Origin: Amphiscolops sp. MND2022 | Taxonomy: Eukaryota | Assembly: GCA_964187785.1 (NCBI GenBank) | Contig: OZ076409.1 | Span: 75,332,001 to 75,396,000 of the forward strand | DNA length: 64,000 bases | Direction: 5' to 3' | In this document: in pieces, positions 1 to 10,200 of the stretch | Layout of the letters: each line of letters starts with the position of its first letter | Numbering within the stretch: position 1 is the first letter of the stretch | Notes under the pieces: model-generated | Seen by the model: the letters and a program-made list of their open reading frames with translations, nothing else | The model's database searches: none | Told to the model about the DNA's origin: nothing | Program-made: the position numbers and the translations under genes

Positions 1-458
1 TCTTTGCCATTGGGGGAGGGGCCCCGGATGGCCAGTAGTACGGGATAGCTTCCTACCAAATCCAGATGGAAAAAACGTGATTTTGGAAACTAGCCGTCAG
101 AATTTGCTCAAATTTTGCATACGGCTTCCTATAACAATCCTAAGAACTAATCCCTACTGGCATTTTGCCCAAAAAACGCAAAAAGTTGGTCATAATCTTA
201 GTTTTTTGGTCAAAAAATGGCGTTTTTTCGAAAAATTTTTTTTTCAGAGACAATTACTCGTAACTGGTTCACCCAGCGCAAAAACGCCTAGCTGATTTAT
301 TGTTGGGCACTTCATGAGGAGTGCGTATACAAATTTTCGTCCAGATCGGAAAAAAAATGACTAAGTATTAGCCGGAATTCGGACGCATTTTTTCGCAAAT
401 TTTTGAAAACCTAGTCTATCTCTGCCGTTTTTTGCCCAGATTTTTTTCTAGACCCTCT

Positions 459-566
459 CCTAAAGGCCTCCCCTGGCCGGATTACCTCCCAGCAAAACCA
501 TTTGGCCCTAAATACGAAGTTTCAGCGTTCTAGCATTCTCGGGCGAAAAGTTGTGGGACTTAGAAA
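459..566 (+). repeat. Central conserved ~105-bp block of class A units (exemplar)
   Basis: CCTAAAGGCCTCCCCTGGCCG...CCAGCAAAACCATTTGGCCCTAAATACGRAGTTTCAGCGTTCYAGCATTC...GAAAAGTTGTGGGACTT is near-identical across class A units whose flanks differ widely. Confidence 0.9.
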
Positions 567-940
567 AATTTTTTTGAAAACGCAAAATGTGTAAAGTCAA
601 CTTCAGGCCTCCCAAAGTCAAGGAACTTCCACACAACTAGTATTGCAAGTGAATGCATGTGGAAAGTACTCGGATAGACGAGAAAAATGAGCTATTATAA
701 ATCTCTGTAGCTTAACCTGACGTTGACTTATGACAATTTTAGTGTGAGCTTGCTATGTGAGAAAAAAATTCAAAATTGGAAATCGAAGCTAAGTCTCATC
801 CAAAACTCATCGGAACACGTTCAATCCATCCCAGAGCGGTTTAATTCCAGCTATATAATGCAGCAACACTATTCAAGACCATTTGATCCACTTACATTAG
901 TTTTGACACCGTATTATTCATCCGAGAGCACAAAACAGTT

Positions 941-983
941 GAGTACATTCCATCTCCCTTTCGGGGGAGATGAGAATGTACTC
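941..983 (+). other. Internal 43-nt bulged hairpin of class A/F units (exemplar)
   Basis: GAGTACATTC-CATCTCCC-loop-GGGAGATG-A-GAATGTACTC, located ~300 nt upstream of the junction in class A units. Confidence 0.9.
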
Positions 984-1140
984 GCTAAAGTCCAGGTACT
1001 ACAGCCCATATTTGCTTTTATGCGACGCTCTTATGCTAGTGCGCATACTTTTTAATCGTTTAACTGAATTTTCTTCTGTCTGCACTTTGACTTTGACTTG
1101 ACATATAGTGAACGTTTTGTCTTACAACTTACAAATGAGT

Positions 1141-1219
1141 AACGTCAACGCCCCATCCTTGCATCAACGCCCACCGTCCGTGGGCATGCCGAGGCATGCC
1201 CTTCGACGACGTATGCCAA
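1141..1219 (+). other. Universal subterminal box (exemplar): CAACGCC x2 + GGGCATGCC-GA-GGCATGCCC hairpin + TTCGACGACGT
   Basis: Present before all 44 junctions in every size class. The perfect 9-bp inverted repeat lies at 1182-1201, starting ~59-74 nt upstream of CTAG in the copies measured. Confidence 0.93.
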
Positions 1220-1243
1220 GATATATCCCAAGCGCGGTAGCAG

Positions 1244-1250
1244 CTAGGTG
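1244..1250 (+). other. Invariant junction core CTAGGTG (exemplar); putative cleavage/recombination site
   Basis: It is the only sequence shared at the exact point where upstream unit identity switches to downstream unit identity. Its function is inferred. Confidence 0.8.
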
Positions 1251-4200
1251 CCGGGATTTCTATTCGATAAAGTATGTGGCGCGTGTGGGTAGGGTCCCTG
1301 GCGCGCTCTTGGGTATGGTGTTCACCAGCTAGGAAATAGGGGTCGATTTTTCGGGATCTCCTAAACTAGCCACACGATTTGGCTGAAATTTGGCACACGT
1401 ACTCCCCTCGGCACGGTGAAGATGATTTCCTACTGACGTTTTTCCCGCAAAATTTTTTTTGTTGTCCAAAATAACGGTTTTTGGGGTGAAATTTTGATTT
1501 TTTTTTAAATTTTATCTTATATCTCGCCACCGGTTTACGCTAGCGCTTCAAAACCCTGCTAAAGAAAGCTTGCAAACTGTCTCAGGAATGCTGTGTGAAA
1601 ATTTCAGCTCAATCGGACTTAAACTCAGGGAGATATAGCGTTTTTCCGGAGCGGGGGGGTTTCATTTTTCTAACGGTCCAGCTTATCTTAGCCATTTTTT
1701 CGAAAATGTACTCGCCTAAAGACCTCCCCTGGCCGGTTTTATTCCCAGCAAAACCATTTGGCCCTAAATACGGAGTTTCAGCGTTCCAGCATTCCCGGGC
1801 GAAAAGTTGTGGGACTTAGAAAAGTTCAAAAATTTTCAAAAAATTTTTTTTCCGTTTTCCGCCCTCCCCCCCGAGGGGAAAAGACCCCCAACCAGTAATT
1901 TGAGTGAATTCATGTGGAAAGGCCATGTTTAGAGGAGAAAAATCTCGTTTAAATCGTCTTTTTATCTTTATTCAACGTTGACTTATGACGTTTTAAAGGT
2001 GATGTTTGGAGGTGTGAAGCACGTGAAAAGTAAACGTTATGAGTATTTATCTGATCTGAAAGCCATTGAGATGCAACCTGTATTGCTCAAAACGTAATTC
2101 ATATCAGTTTGGTAGTCAATCAACACCCTTTGTTGTCATTTGACATCTTTTTTTGTTGATATAAGAAAAAATTTCGTGTATTTATTCATTTTTTTCTCAT
2201 CAAATAACTTGAAACAGTTGAGTACATTCCATCCCCCCTTCACGGGGGAGATGAGAATGTACTCGCAAAAAGCCCCGAACTACGGCCCTTACCTTCCTGA
2301 GCTACGCAGTATAAAGATTGCATATTGGTTCCGACATTTTCATAGAGTTATATCTTGGTAATCTGTCTGGGTATGCAGAAAAACCAGCACGTGCTTTTTT
2401 ATACCAAGTTGCTCACAACGACATTTATTTTATATCAACGCCCCCATATTTATCAACGCCCCCCGTCCGTGGGCATGCCGAGGCATGCCCTTCGACGACG
2501 TATACCAAGATATGTTCAAGCGCGTTAGCCTAGGTGCCGGGATTTCCATTCGATAAGGAATTCTGCGCGTGTGGGTAGGGCCCCTGGCGCGCTCCTGTGT
2601 TTTGGGTTTTCCTACTCTAAATTCACACATCAGTTATCTCGGATCTCGAAAACTAGCCACACGATTTGGCTAAAATTTGGCACACAGCTCCGTTGGAACA
2701 TTGTAAGAACAAATCCCTACTGACGTTTTGCCCGCTAAACATTTTTTGTTGGTCAAAAATGCGATTTTCCGACAAAATTTTTGACTTTTTTTTCTTTTTC
2801 AACTCATATCTCGCCACAGGGCTACGCTAGCGCTTTGCAACCTATGATCCTTTTTTGTAGGGCATTGCATGTAGAACACGTATGCCAAATTTGGTGGCGA
2901 TCGGACTTGAACTCAGGGAGATATAACGATTTTTTAGGTGCATTTTTTGACATTTTTTGCAATTGCTGATTTATCTTTGCCGTTTTTTGCCCAGATTTTT
3001 TTTGAGACACTCTCCTAAAGACCTCCCCTGGCCGGTTTACCTCCCAGCAAAACCATTTGGCCCTAAATACGAAGTTTCAGCGTTCTAGCATTCCCGGGCG
3101 AAAAGTTGTGGGCTTAGAATAATTTTTTGGAAACGCAAAATGTGTAAAGTCAACTTCAGGCCTCCCAAAGTCAAGGAACTTCCACACAACTAGTATTGCA
3201 AGTGGATGCATGTGGAAAGTACTGGGATAGACGAGAAAAATGAGCTATAGAACGACTCTGTAGCTTAACTTGACGTTGACTTATGATGTTTTGAGTGTGT
3301 GCTTACTAAGGGGTCCGAAATTGAAAATTTTTAAAGAAAATTAATATCGTTAAAAATTCATCGGAATGCCTGCAATATACAGTAGAGCGTGTTCAATTGT
3401 AGCTGACTAATGCATCAACGCTGTTCAAGGTCTTTCAACTCAGTTTCAAATTTTTTTACACTGTATTATCCATCCGAGAGTTCGAAACAGTTGAGTACAT
3501 TCCATCTCCCTCCCGAGGGAGATGAGAATGTACTCGCTAAAGTACAGATACCACGACCCATATTTGTTTCTCTGCGACGCAAACATTTGCTAGTGCACAT
3601 AAATAGTGATCTTTTGACTGAATTCTGTATTTACATTGACGTGACATATGCTGAACGTTCGGTTCTTACAACATACACATGACAAACGTCAACGCCACAT
3701 ACTGTTACCAACGCCCACCGTCCGTGGGCATGCCGAGGCATGCCCTTCGACGACGTATGCCAAATACCTTTGACCGACGCGCACTCTCCCGCTAGGTGCC
3801 GGGATTTCTATTCGTTCGAGTATGTGGCGCGTGTGGGTAGGGCCCCTGGCGCGCTCTTTTATTTCGGGTACACCTACTCCAAATTCACGATGTGATTTCG
3901 ACGATCTCGTAAACTAGCCATACGATTTGGCTGAAATTTGGCACACGTACCCCCCTCGGCACGGTGAAGATGATTCCCTACTGACGTTTTGCCCGCTAAA
4001 CATTTTTTGTTGACCAAAATAACGGTTTTTGGTGGAAAATTTTTGATTTTTTTTAAAATTCATCTTATATCTCGCCACGGGTTTACGCTAGCGCTTCAAA
4101 ACCTTGCTGACGAAAGTTTGCAAACTGTCTCAGGAATGCGGTGTGAAATTTTCAGCTCAATCGGACTTAAACTCGAGGAGATATAGCGTTTTTCCGGAGC

Positions 4201-7200
4201 GGGGGGGTTTCATTTTTCTAACGGTCCAGCTTATCTTTGCCATTTTTTCGAAAATGCACTCGCCTAAAGGCCTCCCCTGGCCGGTTTTATTCCCAGCAAA
4301 ACCATTTGGCCCTAAATACGGAGTTTCAGCGTTCTAGCATTCTCGGGCGAAAAGTTGTGGGACTTAGAAAATTCAAAAATTTTCAAAAAAATTTTTTTTT
4401 GTTATTTGGGCCCCCAAAGTGGGGGAAAGGACCCCCCAACCATTAATTTGAGTGAATGCATGTGCAAAGCCCTTGTATAGAGGAGAAAAATGCCGTTTAG
4501 AACGTCTTTTTATCTTTACTCAACATTGACTTATGACGTTTTGAAGGTGACCGTTAGAAATGGAAAATTGATGTTTTGAGTATTTATCTCATCTGAAAGC
4601 CATTGAGATACAACATGTTTTGCTCAAAACGGGTTTCATTGCAGTTTCGCTGTCTATTAACACCCTTTGGTGACTTTTGACATATTTTTGCTTTTATATA
4701 AAACCAATTTTTTGTGCATTTTTTCTTTTTTTTTCATCTAATATCTTGAAACAGTTGAGTACATTCCATCTCCCTTCCCGGGGGAGATGAGAATGTACTC
4801 GCTAAAAGCCAAGAACTACGGCCAAAACCTTCCCGAGCTACGCACTACAAATATTGCATATGCATGCAGACCTTTTGATACATTTTTATCTTTGTAGATT
4901 GACTGGAAAAACCGAAAACTATGTCCTGATTATACAAAGTTTCCTCACAACGACACATGTTTACGTCAACGCCCCATAGTTCTTATCAACGCCCCCCGTC
5001 CGTGGGCATGCCGTGGCATGCCCTTCGACGACGTGCACCAAAATATATTCGAGCGCGGTAGCCGCTAGGTGCCGGTGTTTTTTTACACAATGGGGGAAGT
5101 TGCGCGTGTGGGGAGGGTCCCTGACGCGCTCCCGGGATTTCGGATTTTTTAACCTTTACGTACCCATCAAAAATTTTGGGATCTCGAAAACTAGCCGTAC
5201 GATTTGGCTGAAATTTGGCACACGTACCCCCCTCGGCACGGTGAAGATGATTCCCTACTGACGTTTTGCTCGCTAAACATTTTTTGTTGACCAAAATAAC
5301 GGTTTTTGGGGTAAAATTTTCAACTTTTTTTAAATTTCATCTTATATCTCGCCACAGGTGCACGCTAGCGCTTCCAAACCTTGCTGACGAAAGGTCGCAA
5401 ACTGTCTCAGGAATGCTGTGTGAAATTTTCAGCTCAATCGGACTTAAACTCGAGGAGATATAGCGTTTTTCCGCAGCGGGGGGGTTTCATTTTTCTAACG
5501 GTCCAGCTTATCTTTGCCATTTTTTCAAAAATGCACTCGCCTAAAGGCCTCCCCTGGCCGGTTTTATTCCCAGCAAAACCATTTGGCCCTAAATACGGAG
5601 TTTCAGCGTTCCAGCATTCCCGGGCGAAAAGTTGTGGGACTTAGAATTTTTCAAAAATTTTCAAAAATTTTTTTTTCCGTTATTTGGGCCCCCAAAGTGG
5701 GGGAAAAGACCCCCCAACCAGTAAAGCAAGTGAATGCATGTGGAAAGCCCTTGTTTAGACGAGAAAAATGGCGTTTAGAACGTTTTTTTATCGTAACTTG
5801 ACATTGACTTTTGTCGTTTTGAAGGTGACCGTTAGATACGGAAAATTGATGTTTTGAGTGTTTATCCCATCTGAAAGCCATTGAGATACAACATGTTTTG
5901 CTCAAAACGTGTTTCATTGCAGTTTCGCTGTCCATTAACACCCTTTGGTGTCTTTTGACGTAATTTTCTTTTCTATAACAACAATTTCTTTGTGTATTTA
6001 TTCATTTTTTTCTCATCAAATAACTTGAAACAGTTGAGTACATTCCATCTCCCTTCCCGGGGGAGATGAGAATGTACTCGCTAAAGGTCAGGAACTACGG
6101 TCTATATCTTCCACAACACAAAAGAGATTGCAAATTGTTTCAGTTTGTCGCAGAAAACTTCTTTTTGCACTCTGTGACTCGACAAAGTGAACGTTTCTTA
6201 CTTACTTTGAATCTCACCATACCACAACTCATCTCTAACGTCAACGCCCCCCACACACATCAACGCCCCCCGTCCGTGGGCATGCCGAGGCATGCCCTTC
6301 GACGACGTATAGCAAAATATATTCGAACGCGGTAGCGGCTAGGTGCCGGGATTTCCATTCGATAAGGAATTCTGCGCGTGTGGGTAGGGCCCCTGGCGCG
6401 CTCCTGTGTTTTGGGTTTTCCTACTCTAAATTCACACATCAGTTATCTCGGATCTCGAAAACTAGCCACACGATTTGGCTGAAATTTGGCACACGTACCC
6501 CCCTCGGCACGGTGAAGATGATTTCCTACTGACGTTTTTCCCGCTAAACATTTTTTGTTGACCAAAATAACGGTTTTTGGGGTAAAATTTTCAACTTTTT
6601 TTAAATTTTATCTTATATCTCGCCACGGGTACACGCTAGCGCTTCCAAACCTTGCTGACGAAAGTTTGCAAACTGTCTCAGGAATGCTGTGTGAAATTTT
6701 CAGCTCAATCGGACTTAAACTCGAGGAGATATAGCGTTTTTCCGGAGCGGGGGGGTTTCATTTTTCTAACGGTCCAGCTTATCTTTGCCATTTTTTCGAA
6801 AATGCACTCGCCTAAAGGCCTCCCCTGGCCGGTTTTATTCCCAGCAAAACCATTTGGCCCTAAATACGGAGTTTCAGCGTTCCAGCATTCCCGGGCGAAA
6901 AGTTGTGGGACTTAGAAAATTTCAAAAATTTTCAAAAATTTTTTTTCCGTTATTTGGGCCCCCAAAGTGGGGGAAAAGACCCCCCAACCAGTAAAGCAAG
7001 TGAATGCATGTGCAAAGCCCTTGTTTAGAGGAGAAAAATGCCGTTTAGAACGTCTTTTTATCTTGGCTCAACGTTGACTTATGACGTTTTGAAGGTGATG
7101 TTTGGAGGTGTAAATCACGTGAATAGTAAACGTTATGAGTATTTATCTGATCTGAAAGCCATTGAGATGCAATATGGTTTGCTCAAAACGTAATTCATGG

Positions 7201-10200
7201 CAGTTTGGCAATCAATCAACACCCTTTGTTGTCGTTTGACATACTTTTTTGTTGTTATAATAAAAATTTTGTGTATTTGTTCATTTTTTTCTCATCAAAT
7301 AACTTGAAACAGTTGAGTACATTCCATCCCCCCTTCCGGGGGAGATGAGAATGTACTCGCAAAAAGCAGCGAATTACGGCCCTTACCTTCCCGAGCTACG
7401 CAGTATAAGGATTACATATTGGTTCCGACATTTTCATAGAGTTAAATCTTGGTAATCTGTCTGGATATGCAGAAAAATCAGCACGTGCCTTTTAATACCA
7501 AGTTGCTCACAACGACAATTATTTTATATCAACGCCCCCATATTTATCAACGCCCCCCGTCCGTGGGCATGCCGAGGCATGCCCTTCGACGACGTATACC
7601 AAGATATACATCGAGCGCGTTAGCCTAGGTGGCCGTGTCTTTTCGACGTGCTTTTGCATTGAGGAGTGGGTAGGGCCCCGCGACGACCTAGAAGAATTGG
7701 ATGCTCACCGAAACGTGCAGAATTCTACGAGATCTCATAGTTTGAGCCATACGATTTTTCTGAAATTTGGCATGTGGCCTGGAATTGGTGAGTAGGTAAA
7801 ACGTGTAGAAGGTAATTTTTCCCAAATTCCACTGTGAGAGGAGATATGGGCAAATAACGGACCCAAAAATGGCAAAAATGCACATTTTTCAACTTTGTCA
7901 GCCAATATCTCTTTTCCAGGTGCCCGTAGCGTTCCGCACGTGGACATCAATATTGCTCAGCGCTGTTGGAGGAGTGCGTGGACAAATTTTGGTTTAAATC
8001 GGACTTAAACTTGACGAGAAATTAACGGTTTTTTGGGCGTTTCCGGGGTAAATTTTTTAACGGTCCAGCTTATCTTTGCCATTTTTTCGAAAATGTACAT
8101 GCCTAAAGGCCTCCCCCTGGCCGAATTTACTCCCAGCAAACCCATTTGGCCCTAAATACGGAGTTTCAGCGTTCCAGCATTCCGGGGCGGAAAGTTGTGG
8201 GACTTGGAAAAATTTCAAAATTTTTTCAAAAATTTTTTTTCCCGTTTTCCGGGCCCCCAATGAAGGGGAACGACCCCCCAACCAGTATTTTGAGTGAATT
8301 CATGTGGAACGCCCATGTTTGGAGGAGAAAAATGCCGTTTAGTACATCTTTTTATCTTAACTTGACATTGACTTATGACGTTTTGAATGTGATGTTAGGA
8401 TATATGAAGCATGTTAAAAGTTGGAGTTTTGAGACTTTATCTCATCGGAAAACCATTGAGATACAAGCAGTTTTGCTAAAAACGATTTTCATTGTAGATT
8501 AGCAGAGTATTAGTACACTTTGATGTCATTTGAGTATTTTTTTCTTCTATATAATAACTGTTTTTATGTATTTATTCCAATTTATCTCATCTCATTTTAA
8601 CATCAAGCAGTTGAGTACATTTCATCTCCCTTTCGGGGGAGATGAGAATGTACTCGCTAAAAACCTAATGCTATGGCGCCAATGTTTGGATGGGAAGTTT
8701 TCTATGCTTTGAAAAAAGTTATTTTTAATTACTTGATTTTTTAAAACAATAATTAACATGAAGTACATTACTTGCTCCTACTACTACCACGATACATCTC
8801 TAACGTCAACGCCCCCTGCTTGCATCAACGCCCCATCGTCCGTGGGCATGCCGAGGCATGCCCTTCGACGACGTATGCCAAATGCCCAGTGCCACGCAGT
8901 CTTTCCCCGCTAGGTGGCCGTGTCTTTTCGACGTGCTTTTGCATCGAGGAGTGGGTAGGGCCCCGCGACGACCTAAAAGAATTGGATGCTCACCGAAACG
9001 TGCAGAATTCTACGAGATCTCATAGTTTGAGCCATACGATTTTTCTGAAACTTGGCATGTGGCCTGGAATTGGTGAGTAGGTAAAACGTGTAGGAGGTAA
9101 TTTTTCCCAAATTCCATTGTGAGAGGAGATATGGGCAAATAACGGACCCAAAAATGGGGAAAATGCACTTTTTTCAAGTTTGTCAGCCAATATCTCATTT
9201 CCACGTGCCCGTAGCGTTCCGCACGTGGACATCAATATTGCTCAGCGCTGTTGGAGGAGTGCGTGGACAAATTTTGGTTTAAATCGGACTTAAACTTGAC
9301 GAGAAATTAACGGTTTTTTGGGCGTTTCCGGGGTAAATTTTTTAACGGTCCAGCTTATCTTTGCCATTTTTTCGAAAATGTACATGCCTAAAGGCCTCCC
9401 CCTGGCCGAATTTACTCCCAGCAAACCCATTTGGCCCTAAATACGGAGTTTCAGCGTTCCAGCATTCCGGGGCGGAAAGTTGTGGGACTTGGAAAAATTT
9501 CAAAATTTTTTCAAAAATTTTTTTCCCGTTTTCCGGGCCCCCAATGAAGGGGAACGACCCCCCAACCAGTATTTTGAGTGAATTCATGTGGAACGCCCAT
9601 GTTTGGAGGAGAAAAATGCCGTTTAGCACATCTTTTTATCTTAACTTGACATTGACTTATGACGTTTTGAATGTGATGTTAGGATATATGAAGCATGTTA
9701 AAAGTTGAAGTTTTGAGTCTTTATCTCATCGGAAAACCATTGAGATACAAGCAGTTTTGCTAAAAACGATTTTCATTGTAGGTTAGCACAGTATTAGTAC
9801 ACTTTGATGTCATTTGAGTATTTTTTTCTTCTATATAATAACTGTTTTTATGTATTTATTCCAATTTATCTCATCTTTTAACATCAAGCAGTTGAGTACA
9901 TTTCATCTCCCTTTCGGGGGAGATGAGAATGTACTCGCTAAAAACCTAATGCTATGGCGCCAATGTTTGGATGAGAAGTTTTCTATGCTTTGAAAAAAGT
10001 TATTTTTAATTACTTGATTTTTTAAAACAATAATTAACATGAAGTACATTACTTGCTCCTACTACTACCACCATACATCTCTAACGTCAACGCCCCCTGC
10101 TTGCATCAACGCCCCATCGTCCGTGGGCATGCCGAGGCATGCCCTTCGACGACGTATGCCAAATGCCCAGTGCCACGCAGTCTTTCCCCGCTAGGTGCCG

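Noticed and set aside
627..668. CRESS-virus-like origin nonamer TAGTATTGC inside a TTCCACA/TGTGGAA stem
   Set aside because: It has one mismatch to TAGTATTAC, and the equivalent position reads TAGGATTGC, CAGTAATTT, CAGTAAAGC or CAGTATTTT in other units. It is not at the junction.
941..983. Bacterial integron attC site or rho-independent terminator
   Set aside because: It lacks RYYYAAC/GTTRRRY ends, units do not switch at this hairpin, the cassettes have no ORFs, and no U-tract follows.
1141..1250. CRISPR array (palindromic repeat plus variable sequence)
   Set aside because: The period is 1.3-2.2 kb, the intervening sequences are homologous to one another, and no cas genes are present.
1244..1250. 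Restriction/ligation or overlap-assembly artefact at CTAG
   Set aside because: Internal CTAG sites (e.g. 1329, 1539) are intact, all units share one orientation, and switches occur within 7 bp rather than within the long conserved blocks an assembler would confuse. It is considered unlikely but not excluded without raw reads.
1595..1819. Recurring ORFs such as ...FSAQSDLNSGRYSVFPERGG...PKYGVSAF, MPFFRKCTRLK..., ...RGHAEACPSTT... and MRRVGG...
   Set aside because: They recur only because the DNA repeats. All are short, mostly start at non-ATG codons, overlap in several frames, and gain or lose stops and frameshifts between copies (TTCCAG versus TTCTAG, homopolymer indels). I recognise no domain in them.
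1248..2533. Canonical Helitron or TIR/MITE assignment
   Set aside because: There is no 5' TC or A^T target, the conserved hairpin ends ~40-55 nt before CTAG rather than ~10-15 nt, and there are no symmetric terminal inverted repeats or variable target-site duplications. Only a loose rolling-circle-like resemblance is retained.
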